In this document: positions 1-21,536 of the stretch, piece by piece | Position numbering within the stretch: the stretch's first letter is position 1 | Layout of the letters: each line of letters opens with the position of its first letter | Source of the DNA: the human T2T-CHM13v2.0 reference genome, Homo sapiens | DNA: 64,000 bases | Assembly (NCBI RefSeq): GCF_009914755.1 | Contig: NC_060931.1 | Reading direction: 5' to 3' (one strand) | Translations under genes and position numbers: made by a program | The notes under the pieces: generated by a model | What the model was told of the DNA's origin: nothing | Databases searched by the model: none | The model's input: the letters and a program-made list of their open reading frames with translations, nothing else

Positions 1-958
<958 letters not shown>

Positions 959-1864
959 TCCAGCTTGCATAGTGCCAGATTTAACAGACATTGGGAAGTA
1001 AATGGGGAAAGTAAATATAAGCCAAATTTTCTTCCAGGAAAAATAAGAGGTTAGTTTTTCCTTTGAATTTAATATTCAGACAAATATAATTTTAAATACA
1101 TATTTCATGAAGGTAAAGAAAATCAGTAAAAGGCTTCTAACAAGAAGAGCTATTGTTCCATTTAATTTAGGAGATAAAATATACAAAACAATCAATAGAG
1201 CAAAAGATGGAAAATAAAATAGCTTAAAAGCAAAAAGAATAATATGGGGCCACTGAACTGTGAACAAGCAACAGTTATAACAGGATTGCCAATGGATTAA
1301 ACCACTCTATTAAAAGACAAATTCTCTCAGACTGGCTTATAAAAATAATTCTGACACGATGATTTTTATAGAGAGGGACATCTAAAAAAGTAGATTTTTT
1401 TTAAAGAAAAAGGATGAATGAGGTTATACCCAGTGAAAACAAATAAAGAGAAAATGAGATGAGGTTAGTATTAATATTAGAAAAGGAGGATTCAAGAAAA
1501 AAATAATGGATGGACCACGAAGGCTATTTATAGGTATAAATGGTAATCATGGATGCATAATGGAAGTGCCATATATTAATTTAATGAACAGCTGTAATTC
1601 AAATATAAAGCTCATGTCTGTTCCTTACACACCATCTCAGCTCCTCCAACCCTAGTCCGAGTCATCCGCATGCCTCCCAGACTCCTAAAATAACTTCATA
1701 ACTGGGTCCCCATTTCCATTCTAGCCCCTACACTCCTTCACACAGCAACCAATGATGTACTTTGCATACAGATTAAATCAATCCACTCAAGTTCTTAAAA
1801 CACTCCAATGAGAACTGCTTGTACATGAAATCATATCCAAACTCCACACACTGATGAGATGAGA

Positions 1865-2083
1865 GACAGTTCTTCCTCACGTGTCAATTCACCCTTTCTT
1901 AATGGCAACCAAATCCCCAATTTTTAAAATTCTTGGACCAGGACTGTTCGGAATAAAGACGACATTTCCCAGCTTCCCTTGCTGCCACGTATGGCACGTG
2001 ACTGACTTCCACCAGCCACGTGACTAACATCTGGCCGGGGAACATAAGTAGAAGTGATGCTTGCAACTTCTTAAAGAACTTGT
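1865..2083 (+). mobile_element. Old ERVL/MaLR LTR fragment (LTR16/LTR33/MLT1-like)
   Basis: catttcccagcttcccttgctgcc...cacgtgact motif. Confidence 0.5.
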
Positions 2084-2395
<312 letters not shown>

Positions 2396-2544
2396 TTAAT
2401 ATTATCTGAAATTTCCTTATTCATTATCAATTTATTTAATGCCTATCTTTCTCCTACCCCTTACACTAAAATGTAAATTCCATGAGTGCGAGAGCCTTGT
2501 TTATTGATCACCACAACATCTGCGCTCTATGCAAGAGACTTTTT

Positions 2545-2720
<176 letters not shown>

Positions 2721-3477
2721 TGAATGAATCAATCAAATAATGGCAGGCAATATCAAATACACACAGACACACACAAAGAGAAAGTGTCAGAAACAGAATT
2801 GAGACAAATGTTAACACTATCAGTCTAAGCCAGTGAGTAGATAAAAAATAAATGAGGACATTCATGATTTTAATGTAATTTTTAGTGGAAAGGGGTCATG
2901 GATCAGTAGCTCTATTTCTTATAAATTGTGCAAGCAATCTATTCAATTACCATATTATGTTTGCAGAAATCAAACACATATTGAGACACAATAAATGGAT
3001 ACAATAAATAGTATGAAGATATTATATATCTGACATTCTATGATTATGCAAAAAAATGAAAAACCAATAACAAGTATTTAAACAAGGTATTCAGTAACAT
3101 TCTCCCAAATAACTATTGAGTGAATGAAAATATTATCTACAATTATAGACCATATAGTAAGTGATCACAATACATATAAAAATCTCCAGAATGGTAAAGC
3201 TATACGAAGAAGAAAATTTATATCTAAATTATTTCATTAATAAAAAAGAAAACTAAATAAAATAATTTACACAAATTATTATTATAAATGATAATAAATG
3301 ATCAGAACAAGAAGCAAGAGAAGGGAAATGAAGAGAAAAGCTGAAAATACTAGAATGAAAACAGAGAAAAAAGGATTATTCATTAAATAGAAGCATAGAT
3401 TTTCCCCAAAATCACTAAAATAGACAATCATCTGGCATATCAAATTAATTCAAACCATGGTATGAGAAGACTTTCAA

Positions 3478-3788
<311 letters not shown>

Positions 3789-4389
3789 TAAACAATGTTA
3801 TATGTAAGTAAATGCTAATAAACTAAGTAATTTTGAGGAATTGGTAACCTGAAGATAATATAAGTTTTCAAAATAGACTGAAGAACAATTAACTTCTAAT
3901 ATTTATCAAATAATCACCTCAAAAAAATGAGAACAAAACAAAAAAGCAGTTTATGAACTAGCAAGCCTAAAGTCAAAGTTATAAATCAATTCCATACTGT
4001 ACAGAATTTATTATACATCACAGAAAATAATATAAAGCAAACAAATTAATTTCATCATGCTAGGTTAACTATGTTTCAAGAACTAACAATGACACTTGTA
4101 ATTTTGTATAAACTATAGGTCACTTTTATTTATAAATATGAATAAAAAATAAAAATGGCAAATCAAATTCAAAACTTACACTACAAATTCAAATTGCATT
4201 AAGAAAATGGGCTACCATGACAACTAATATTAACCCTAAGAATACAAAAATGATTTAATAATAGGAAATCTATTAATTATCACATCTTGTCCAAACAAGA
4301 ATAATCACATGATCCTATTATTATAGATTCAAAGGCCATTTGAGAAAAAGCTATCATATATTCATGGTTTTTAAAATGTTGGTAAGTTA

Positions 4390-4753
4390 GATATGGTTTG
4401 GCTGTGTCCCCACCCAAATCTCATCTTGAATTGAAGCTCCCATCATTCCCATGTGTTGTGGGAGGGACCATCCCTGGGGGAGATCATTGAATCATAGGGG
4501 TGGTTTCCCCCATACTGTTCTCATGATAGTGAACAAGTCTTACAAGATCTGATGGTTTTATAACGGGTTTCCCTTTCATTTGGCTCTCATTCTCTCTTGT
4601 CTGCCACCATGTAAGACATGCCTTTCACCTTCTGCCATGATTGTGAGGCCTCCCCAGCCACGTGGAAACGTAAGTCCATTAAACCTCTTTTACTTTATAA
4701 ATTACCCAGTCTCGGGTATGTCTTTATCAGCAGCATGAAAACAGACTAATACA
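4390..4753 (+). mobile_element. THE1 solo LTR (THE1C-like)
   Basis: gatatggtttggctgtgtccccacccaaatctc ... cagactaataca termini. Confidence 0.85.
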
Positions 4754-4939
4754 GTAGGTAAGAGGTTAATTTCCTAAAATCAACTATCACCCTTACTGTT
4801 TATTAGTAATAAATAGGTGTCAGTCAACACAAATGGGATAAAATATACACTGCTGAAAGGAAGGTAACAAAATTGCTGCAATTTGTAGACAAAGTCATTG
4901 CAGGGATAAAGAGCCTAAGAAAATCACTGGAAAAATCCA

Positions 4940-5240
4940 TGACTGCTGTCTGTGTTTTCCCAAAATTCATATACTGAAATCCTAACCCCCATTGTGATGG
5001 TATTAGGAAGCGGGCCCTTTGAGAGCTGATTAGATCCTGAAAGTGGAGACTCATAAAAAGGATTAATCCCCTTATCCCAAGGGATGAAGGGATAAAAGGA
5101 CCCAAGGAAATCAGTTGATATTCTGCAATCTGGGAGAGGGCCTTCACCAGAACCTTCTAGAACTGTAAGCAATGCATTTCTCTTGTTTATAAGCTACCTG
5201 GTCTGTAGTATTTAGTTACTGCAGCCGAAACCACCTAGAC
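4940..5240 (+). mobile_element. MLT1A-like solo LTR
   Basis: caaaattcatatactgaaatcctaacccc...gggccttcaccagaacc...aagctacctggtctgtagtattt. Confidence 0.75.
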
Positions 5241-5351
5241 TCTTGCTAATGAGAGAATTCAATAAGGCAGCCAGATGAAGCCCAAAATTCCAAAGCCATT
5301 TTCCATCATACTGGCAGAAAGGGGTTAGAAACATTTAATGAAAAATTAAAA

Positions 5352-6016
<665 letters not shown>

Positions 6017-6511
6017 CTATTCACCATGGCAATATAGGAAAAAACAAAAAAAAACAAAAACAAAAAACCAGACAGCAGTACCTCCACAAGACAGTATAGG
6101 GCCTGCTCCCCAGTGTCTGGCTGGGAGGAGGTCAGGAGTGTGGGGATCAGGGCCCACTGACCAGAGAGTCAGGTGGCTGTAGCCACCTCCCTGGTCTCTT
6201 GGCTGCACCGTTGAACCTCTGAACTCTGCGCTGTGGGTCAAGAGCATTGGAGCCGTGGTCAGAGGCTCCTCCAGGACACCATCCCTGAAGCACAGGAAGA
6301 CCCCTGTTCCCTCTCCTGAACCTGCCTTTGATCACTTCTGGTTTGGGGTTTGAAGGGATTTACCTGACTGACCCCAAGAGGTCCCCATCAGCTTCCATGC
6401 CTGTCTCGCTCCTTTCTCTGCTTCCTCTGAAGTTTAACAAGTTCAGGGCCAAGATTCTACTTCTGATAGCATCCATCCTAATCATCTTTCCTTTCTCTCC
6501 TGTTTGCTTCA

Positions 6512-6753
6512 TTGAGAGAGAGTCTCACTCTGACACCCAGGCTGGAGTGCAGTGGCACGATCCTAGTGATCCTCCCACCTCAGCCTCCCAAGTAGCTGGG
6601 ACCACAGGTATGCACCACCAGACCCAGCTAATTTTTAGGTTTTTTTTGTAGAGACAAAAAAATGTTGCCCACACTGGTCTTGAACTCTGAACTCAAACAG
6701 TTCTCAGCCTCTCCAAGTGCTGGGATTACAGGCATGAGTCACCATACTCAGCC
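6512..6753 (-). mobile_element. Degenerate Alu with internal deletions
   Basis: Partial Alu arms. Confidence 0.8.
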
Positions 6754-7055
6754 CATTTAGATAACTTTCAATGAAAATTCTGCACCTTCCTGGGCGTCTA
6801 CAGTTCACATCATACCCTATGGGTTAAACACTTGAGGATAAGTAGATTGAATAAAAAAAATACTTTTAAATATAATTTGGGAAGGTTCTATGGAACAGAG
6901 ATATGAAACCAGTGGTGCCAGGACTTTCCCGATAATGTGACCAGTGATTTTTCTCTTCTCCCCACCTACAGCCGCTGGTCAGCTCATCTCAGCTACAGGC
7001 TGAAGTACCAGCCATGAGGTTATTTTGAAGCAATTTTTTAAAATTACTTTTAATC

Positions 7056-7350
7056 GGCCGGGCACGGTGGCTCAAACCTATAATCCCAGCACTTTGGGAG
7101 GCCGAGGCAGGCGGATCATGAGGTCCTCTTGAGACCATCCTGGCCAACATGGTGAAATCCCATTTCTACTAAAAATACAAAAATTAGCTGGGTGTGGTGG
7201 CGGGTGCCTGTAGTGCCAGCTACTCAGGAGGCTGAGGCAAGAGAATCACTTGACCCAGGAGGCGGAGGGTGCAGTGAGCCGAGGTCGTGCCACTGCACTC
7301 CAGCCTGGCAACAGAGTGAGACTCCGTCTCAAAAAACAAAACAAAACAAA
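7056..7350 (+). mobile_element. Alu (AluSc-like) with 16-bp TSD
   Basis: TSD aaaattacttttaatc / aaaattacatttaatc. Confidence 0.9.
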
Positions 7351-7609
7351 AATTACATTTAATCAATTTATTTTTTGTGATCATAAAATCATTTCAGACT
7401 TTTTCCCAAAATATGAGTTTTCAGCATATTAACTGGACATAAGGCTGGTATGTGGAGAGCAGCATCTGTGACAGTCCTGCCTTGCGCCTCCTGCAGCCTC
7501 TGCAGCAGAGGGTCATACAGTGGCTTTGGGTGACAGCTGCCACTCAGTGGTCTCCAGTGAGTTCTTTTCCTCCTGGCAGCTGGCAGCTGCATTAATTTTG
7601 ATTTTAGGC

Positions 7610-9781
<2,172 letters not shown>

Positions 9782-10099
9782 TTTGTTAGCTTTTTAAATA
9801 TTCTTATAATCTAATAGTATAAGTTAGTATTATTTGATTGTTCCATTGCCTCCAATGCTTAGAAAATTATTTCCTACTTAGAAATTAGCTACATATTGAT
9901 AGGTAATTTCTCCACCTTTTCAAAACAGTTTAAAATTATAGTGTTAAATAGACTAAAGATCAATTACACTTATGAATAAGGATAACTAAAAGAAAAACCC
10001 AAATTACCAAGCCTGGAAGGAAGCAAGGGTCAGAACCAGATCAGTAAAACTAACTCGCTGCCTTGTCCCAAATGTCAGGCTCATTAAAATCCTGTAACT

Positions 10100-10636
10100 A
10101 AGTGGATCTCAAACTCAAGCCAGCGTTGACGTCACCCAGAGGGCTAATAGAAACAGATTGCTGGGCCATAGGCCTGGAGTTTCTGATTCAACAGGTCAGT
10201 ATTGAATATTCAATTTAATAGGTGGGGCCCAGGAGTTTGCATTTCTTTCTTTCTTTTTTTTTTTTTTTCTCTTTTTGAGACAGGCTCTCACTCTTGTCGC
10301 CCAGGCTGGAGTGAGGTGGTGCAATCATGGCTCACTGCAGCCTCAACTGCCTGGATTCCGACAATGTCCTCACCTCAGCCTCCAGAATAACTGGGACTAC
10401 AGGCATGTGCCACCACGCCAGGCTAATTTTTTAAATTATTATTTCTAGAGATGGGGTTTTGCTATGTTGCCCATACTGGTCTTGAACCCCTGTGCTCAAG
10501 AGAGCCTCCCACCTCTGCCTCCTAAAGTGCTGGGATTATAGGTGTGAGTCACTTGCTGGGCCAGAATTCCCATTTCTAACAAGTTCCAGGTATTACTAAT
10601 GCTGCTGGTCCAGGAACCACACTTTGAGAACCACTG
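10100..10636. mobile_element. MER5A hAT-Charlie element split by a minus-strand AluJ (10242-10562)
   Basis: agtggatctcaaact...acagattgctggg...ttctgattca...catttct | catttctaacaagttccagg...cacactttgagaaccactg. Confidence 0.8.
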
Positions 10637-10773
10637 TTAACATGAATGCTTCCCATATTCCATTTTTCCACACTTGGTAAGATCCCTGTGGGGAATGAAG
10701 GCTTGCTGTCAGTCTAGCAGGCCTTGATATAGACATCACTGCTGAAAACTATTAAGGTTCCATTAGATGATTA

Positions 10774-12012
<1,239 letters not shown>

Positions 12013-13631
12013 GAGTCCAGGACCAAAGCAGAAATGGAAAGCCACAGGAGACACGAGACCACAGCAAGAACTGGGATGGAGAGACAAAAGGTAAAGCCTT
12101 TCCGGAAAGGTTTCTGGGGAGTAGATGCAGGTATTTTACTGCACCTGCTGCATATTCTCCCACCAGATGAGTGAGGATTGGACAGCAGCAGACCTATGAT
12201 TGATAACCAGGGAGAGGCAAAGCAAGTCAGCGTGGCAAACAGACTTTCATCCCAACCAAATTGGGGAACGAGTACCCTATGCACTTTCAGGCTAGGGTAA
12301 TTTACAATGTCTTGCACATTGCACACAGCTGTGGGATAAACAAGCTATTCTAAAGACCAGCTTGCAGAATGGCTCCCTGGACTTCGTGTGTGCTCGGGAG
12401 TATTGCCCAAAAGTCCTGAGCATGCAAAAAGACCAGGGAGCTATTATGGGCTTCTTGTCTCCCGACCTTTAGCCCCGGACTCATTCCAACACGACCAGCA
12501 CCATCCAATGAGCAGATCTATTTGCTCACAAACTGTGAATATTTCATTTCTTAAAACAGAAAGTCTAAATTAGTGAAGTCTTCATGAATAAGGTTTGATT
12601 GTGAATAAGATTAAAAATGTGAGCAAAGGAACCCAGTTCTACATGAGATGTTTTCGGCGTCACTCTGGCCGAGGTGTTCTTGAACCTCACGGTGGCAAAA
12701 GTAAGACACACAAACAGCTCAGCTCTCCTCACCAAGTGTGGGACTCATTTCTCTGTTTCTTCAGAGGGAAAAGAGGTTAACAGAAGTGTTGGCTGGCCCC
12801 CAGGACTGGCAGACCTGTTTAATCTCCCATGATCCTTTCACATATGCTCTCTATAGCTTGCTGTCTGCAAACTCATGGCAGAACACGGTTGCACGGGGCT
12901 TGAGGTCAAGCAGAAGAAAATGAAAAAGGCTGCTGGGGTAAATTCATGAAAACACCATGATAAAATAGCAGGGCTCTTTCCTCTGCCACTTGGGGACATC
13001 TACTGTATCATAAGCCTCTTATTCTTGGATACAAGTAGGCACATGATGTGTGGCGTAAATAAATGGTGGAAAAGCAGGGACCCTGAGGACCGTGCTTGAC
13101 TTCTTGGCAGGTGCAATTAACCTGCAGCATTGAGCAGGAAGCCTACCCCCCAGTCCTGAGTCTCAGCCCCGCTCAGTCCCTTCCTTCCCTCCTCTCCTCT
13201 CTGCCATTCCCATATACCATATCCTAAGGCTGACTCCATACACAGTTTCACATTTCCTCAGCAAATATACCACTGCAGTAACAAAAAAACACACAGAAGC
13301 TTGATGAACGAAGACTAAGAACACAATCACAGCTTTACAACTTATGCATAGGAAAGCGGTTCTGAACTGGCTGCCAAGAGTCTCACACCCAGAGGGCTGA
13401 GCGTATGCCGGGAGGACTGGAGACCCTGGGGCATGACTCTCAGACCATCCTCCCCGGAAAGGAAGCCGCATTTGTAGCCAACTATATTCCCCCTTCACTG
13501 TTAATCAATTTCCTGCAAAGAGCCAGGGGCTCATAACTTTTGCGACTAGTACCAACCAATAAATAGCTGTTTTTGCTGAATCCCATTTGATTTTATTCTA
13601 CCCTTGGCACTATAGGCTAGAACACCAGTAA

Positions 13632-13971
<340 letters not shown>

Positions 13972-14159
13972 TGGAAGAAGGATTTTATTAGGAAAAGGCA
14001 CCTAGTGCTTGATAGGATTGCTTCTCAGTGATACAGAGAATAGCCTTGGTTATAGGTTTCCTCTAAGGTAGGAAGAAACCCAAGCCTGGGGAAAATGGAA
14101 GGCTTGGGGCAGCAATGTCAGATCAGAAGTTGAAGTCCAATTACAGAATCTTTACCCTT

Positions 14160-14705
14160 TATGGTAGCTAGCCTCCAAAGTGATCCACAATGGCTCCTGC
14201 CTCCTGGCATTCACCGGGAGGCTGTTCTCTCCCACACTTAATAGGGATGACCTGTGTAACCAAGAGAATATTGCAGAAATGATTGTGTCCAACTTGATAG
14301 CTAGGGCATAAAAGATATCATTGCTCTTGCCTAGCACTGTCCTGGATCACTGGCTTTGAGGGAAACTGGCTGCCATGTCAGGAGGACACTCAAGCAGCAT
14401 TGTGGCAAGGTCTGTGCAGTAGGGACCTGAGGGCTCCCGTCAACCACCAGCGTCACCTTGCCAGCCAGGTGAGTGAGCCACCAGGAAGCACATCTTCCAG
14501 TCCAGTCAAGCCCAAGGCTGGTCACAGCTCCAGCCAGCATCTTGGCTGCAACTGGATTAGAGACCCTGAGCTAGAACCACCCAGCTCAGCCAGCTTTCAA
14601 ATTCCCAACCCACAGAAACTAAGTGAGATAGAAAATATTTAGTGTTGTTTTCTGGCCCTAGATTTTGGTGTAATGTATTATGCAGCCAAAGACCACAAAT
14701 ATATA
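14160..14705 (+). mobile_element. MLT1F-like solo LTR
   Basis: tggtagctagcctccaaagtga...ctgccatgtcaggaggacactcaagcagc...attcccaacccacagaaact. Confidence 0.75.
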
Positions 14706-14875
14706 CCCTTCTAGAAGTAGTCTCAGGTCTGTTTCCACGGAAAACTGACTATGTCACTGATGGGAAGCCTTGCTAGAGTCTCTTAAGTAGGATGGTCTTC
14801 TTTCAAGGATATCAGTACCTCCTAAGATCAATATCTTCTGCCTGGATATCTGGAGGTGAAAAGCTACTTTTCCTA

Positions 14876-15084
14876 TTTTTTATTTTTGTTTTATTTTTTG
14901 AGACAGGTCTCAGTCTGTCAGCCAGGATGGAGTGCAGTGGCACAATCACAGCTCACTGCAGCCTCAAACTCCTGGCCTCAAGCAATCCTCCTGCCTCAGC
15001 TCCAGAGCAGCTAGGACTACAGGTGCATAACACCATGCCCAGCTAATTTTTCAATCTGCTTTAGAGACAGGCTCTCACTGTGTT
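14876..15084 (-). mobile_element. Partial Alu (right arm)
   Basis: Alu right-arm consensus. Confidence 0.8.
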
Positions 15085-15807
15085 GGGAAAGCAACCTTTC
15101 TGCTTCTTTTTTGTATATTATCTTCAATCACTTCAAGGAAGGAAACACACATGTATATATATGTGCACACACACACATGCACACACTCAGCTTTCTTCTA
15201 AACCTGAAAAACCACCCAAGCACTGGGAACCTGAACTCTTTTCCAGAAACAAGCCAATGCTGTAGAAGTTTTAAGTACCATTTTTTCACGCTGTCTCTGA
15301 AGGGGCAGGCAGTCGCAGGGGGAAGAAGGGGAGGCTGATTACTGAGAATTGATGGATGTTTTTGTTCTTGCTTGCTAGTCGTAAAATTCTGAGCTGGGTG
15401 AGCACTAGCAGGAGAGGAAAGCCACAGCCACTAAGTCTGTGACTTCCAGCATTGATTTAAATATTTCAAGATGGAATTTTCCCTCCTTTCTCCAGCCTAT
15501 CTTTTCACCCTGAGTGGGGAAGAAAATCTTGAGTAAGACAAAAACATGGAGACTTTGTGAGCATTATAGCATGTCTGAATTAAGCTACAGGCAGTCCATA
15601 TATTGTAAGAGATATATTTCCTTGCAGTGTACACGCTCTACTGTGATGAACCTGGAAGACAGGAGGAGTAGGAGTGTAGATTAAGTAGCCATAGCTCCTT
15701 CTCATCCAGATGAGGGCCAGAAAGAAGAATGCTTAGAACTCACAAGGCCTTGGAACATTCTCCTTAGTTGGCCCTAAGGATGGAGGTAAAGAGTAGGAAG
15801 CATTCAG

Positions 15808-16120
15808 GGGCTCAGGTGCCATGGCTCACTCCTGTAAACTCAGCACTTTAGGAGGCCAAGGCAGGAAGATTGCTTGAGGCTAGGAGTTTGAGACCAGCCT
15901 GGGCAACATAGCAAGACACCATATCTACCAAAAAACACAGAAAAATATAGCAGGGTATGGTGGCTTGCACCTGTGGTCCCAGCCACTTGGAAGGCTGAAG
16001 TGGGAGGATCACTTGAGTCCAGGAGTTCAAGGCTGCAGTGAGCTATGGTTGCATCACTACCCTCCAGCCTAGGTGACGGAATGAAACCCTATCTCTAAAA
16101 TACACAAAAAACAAGCAAAA
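15808..16120 (+). mobile_element. Alu (AluJ-like)
   Basis: Full Alu; flanks aagcattcagg / aggcattcagg. Confidence 0.88.
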
Positions 16121-17163
16121 AGGCATTCAGGAGAATAGATGGAGAATGAGAGAAAGAAGAAGGAGAAACGCCCAGGGGAGAAGCAACTCGCCAAGGCCCA
16201 TCATCAGAGTGGACCTCCATGGGTCAAAAGATGGCCAGATGGGAAACAATATTCCTTCATCTTCTGAACTCTGGGGTCATTTCTTATTTCCACCAGGGGA
16301 CTCTACCTATTGGTCCTTGCAAGTGTCAAGTCATAACTGAAGGTTCCATGAGCACTGCAATATTCTCCTTGCATGGTGAGTAGGGTCCTGGAGATGTTCT
16401 GGATCCTAACAACAGTTCAGGGAGATGGCGTTTTCCTGTCAGCAGTGGGGGATTCACGAGCCCCTGTCTCACTCTCCCCTGATCCTGGATGTCCTCTGGG
16501 ACCAGGTCCCATCTCTCTGCTCATCCTCTTTTATGCACCTTCCCTCGGTGAGCTCATCCTTGCCTATAATTTTACCCACCAGCTCTCATGAATCTCAATC
16601 CGGTGTTCCAGCCCCAACTGATTTCAGCTGTGCATAGACTTCCTCCCTTTACTTGGCTGCTTGACCCTCACCTTCTACTCAGCATGTCCAATTGAGGATT
16701 CAACCCCACAAGACTTCTCTGTTGCTCCATGATCTGACCCCTGCCAATAACAGCAAGTTGGGAACTCTGGAATCAGCCTCACCTCTTCTGTTTCTTCAGG
16801 CCCTAAATCCATTCTGCCAGTGGGTTTTGAGGTCTTGCCCTTCAAACGGTATCTTAGTCATGGTCAATGACTTCCCCATGCCAACCCCTTTTCAAACTCT
16901 CATCATGGCAGAACTGAAATGCCCTCTTTTCTTTCTTTGCATTTAATTCCACCCATACTTCAAGGTTCAAAGCAAGTGTCACATTCCCTAAATTCTTTTC
17001 TGACCCTTCAAGACTGTATTTTCCTCCTTTCTTGCCCTTCCATTCATCTATTGAAACAAATAGTTATTGAGGGCTTGCTGTGTACAGCATGCACAGAGTG
17101 AGCTACAACTCTGAAGCCCTGTGCTTCAAGGAGTTACAGTCTAGTGACCATCACACTAATTAA

Positions 17164-17513
<350 letters not shown>

Positions 17514-18470
17514 TTCCCCAGCCAAATTGTGAAATAGCTAGGTCTGAGTCTTAAATGCCTTTTGTAAAACCCACAAGCACTGATAGATTATAGCATATGT
17601 AAGTTCTTACTAAATACTTGTTGGTTCTATGCAAGATGGGTACCTGAATAAGACTAGAAAGACACACCAACTGCAACCCTTATCTAGGTTAGAGAAATCT
17701 CCTGGTGAAGGGAAAAAACAAAAAATAAAATAAATAAAATTAAAAAAAAAAAAAAAAGAAATTTAAAAAAAAGAAAAATCATGCTGTGTCTGAATGGCGT
17801 TTTACGTGTCTAACTGGTAATTTAATTTAATTTGACAGACAACTTACGTGATTCAAATTTTTTAAAATAATGATTGATAACCCACTCCCTAAATTTTATA
17901 ATCATAAAATAATTGTCACATTTTAAGAGTAGAGAACTAATATAAAAATGATTTCATTATACTTTAATAATTACAATGTTAGATGTTTGGAATTTCCTAA
18001 GAGATTTTACAAGATAGAAACAGGAGCTAATTGAGAAGCACTGAATACACATTCTTAGACAAAACCATTCTCTCTCATTAAGTGCAAGGATATTGACGGG
18101 ATCCAAATGTACCAGGCAACCATGCCATTCTCTCAGCAAAGATATCCCGGAACTGGGGTCAAACACAGAACCGGTTCAGATAATATCAGTGTGCCCCTTT
18201 GAAGTGTCCCCAGGAAAAAGACTTTTGTGAATGTGCAGTAGAATAATTTCATTTTTCCCTAATGCAAAAAAAAATTGCTACAAGAAAAAAATGGGGAGAT
18301 ATTTCACTCCTCCAAACCCTAAAAAAGTAGTTGTTTTGATTCTTTGTTCTGGAACATATGTCGCTCAGCCCAGAAGAGATCTTCACGTGCCAAATAGAAG
18401 TTCAAGAATTCAGTCAAAAGTTAGTCTCAGACACATTTACTGTCAAACTTAGTCTGAAAAAAAATATTCT

Positions 18471-18480
18471 TACTCACCTG
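18471..18480 (-). promoter_or_regulatory. CALN1: Consensus 5' splice donor CAG|GTGAGTA
   Basis: Plus strand tactcacctg is the reverse complement of CAGGTGAGTA. Confidence 0.9.
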
Positions 18481-18590
18481 CCAGAATATGCTGTCTATCG
18501 TGTTCCCAAGAAAACCATCGCGACCTTCTGAAGACACCAGTTTGGGGCCAAGAATGGTCATGAATTCATCAAAATCCACCTGGCCATCCC
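18478..18590 (-). CDS. CALN1: Internal coding exon (113 bp, phase 1 to phase 0) of calneuron-1 / CaBP8: C-terminal half of EF-hand 2 plus linker
   Basis: Minus strand reads ctccttgcag|GG GAT GGC CAG GTG GAT TTT GAT GAA TTC ATG...TTC TGG CAG|gtgagta, with canonical AG and GT sites. Peptide (G)DGQVDFDEFMTILGPKLVSSEGRDGFLGNTIDSIFWQ has an EF-hand loop end (DGQVDFDEF). It matches CALN1 as I recall it; paralog CABP7 differs (DFEEFVTLLGPKLST). Confidence 0.95.
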
Positions 18591-18616
18591 CTGCAAGGAG
18601 AAGATGTAAATATGAG
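18591..18616 (-). promoter_or_regulatory. CALN1: 3' splice site: branch-point candidate (CTCAT, A at about -23), polypyrimidine tract and CAG
   Basis: Minus strand: CTCATATTTACATCTTCTCCTTGCAG immediately before the exon. Confidence 0.7.
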
Positions 18617-18789
18617 TTGCAAACAAGCTGAACTTGACCTACCGTACCTGATGCAATAAACACCTCTACGCTTTTCTTCTTGGCATGACCTCAATCAATG
18701 AAGAAGAGCTGGTAACATTACTTAAAACTGTTCAATGTTCTTCAATGACTGAAAGTACCACAAGAAACTGGCAATTATTAGTACAACCA

Positions 18790-20315
<1,526 letters not shown>

Positions 20316-20698
20316 TGTCTCTTGCTCGTTCTTTCTTTGTTCAATTCAGCATCTGCTGGATCTTTCATGCTAGAGCTGACAGTAATCAGAAGGTGGACTT
20401 GAGCCAACTCAACAGACAAGAGCGAACCTTCAAGGCATTGTTGGGTCCTCCAGGAGTCATCAGTGTAGCATTCTGCACCCTCTGAACTGCTCAAAAGGGC
20501 AACTCCATCAAAAGTTCACCACATCCCTACCTTGGCTGCAGCCAGCACAGACAGCCAGGTGTCTGCACACAAGAGTTTGTCCAAATGCCCACACATAAAT
20601 CAATGCCCTCTCAGAGTGCATTCACCTTCAAAGAATATTCATTCAAAACCTATTTCACAATGCCAAGCAGATGTGAGCATCAAGATGCCAATAATTCA

Positions 20699-20736
20699 GA
20701 ACAGATTGTCCAGGAACAGATTGTCCAGGAACAGAT
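20699..20736 (+). repeat. 15-bp tandem repeat gaacagattgtccag, about 2.5 copies
   Basis: Read directly from sequence. Confidence 0.85.
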
Positions 20737-21124
20737 CCCAGCAGAGGTAAAATTTCCTAAAGGATTAGGGAGGCGTGGCAAGTCAATGGGAAAGGGAGGA
20801 TTTAACCACCAAATGAAGAGGGGCAGTCGGTGGCCTCTGGAGAAGAAATTGATTTATCTTATCATCCAACAAGATAAGTCTAAAATTTCACTCTTGCTGG
20901 TAATCGTAAGAAAGCTAATTCAAGCAACGAGTTACCATCTTGCCTTCAAAATTATCAAATACTTCCAAAAGCACACTAGTCGATGCTGCCAGAAATACAG
21001 AGAGATCACCTCTATAATGCATTCCTGGTGTACTTGTCCCAGATATAGACAGGAAGTACCAATCAAGATCCTGTAAAGTGCTGTTTCCTTTGGATCTAAC
21101 AATGCACTTAACAAAATAGAGGGG

Positions 21125-21536
<412 letters not shown>

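Noticed and set aside
10201-10214. 14-bp palindrome attgaatattcaat inside MER5A
   Set aside because: AT-rich and short; at most a small insertion scar.
18640-18660. CATCAG|GTACGG on the minus strand as a recursive splice site or upstream micro-exon donor
   Set aside because: Weak pyrimidine tract and under 60 nt from the real acceptor, too short for a normal intron.
18427-18663. 78-aa ORF as a stand-alone gene
   Set aside because: Only 18478-18590 is bounded by splice sites and resembles CALN1; the flanks are intronic read-through.
20585-21076. 163-aa ORF with EQIVQ repeats
   Set aside because: The repeat is only a 15-bp DNA tandem; there is no homology or splice evidence.
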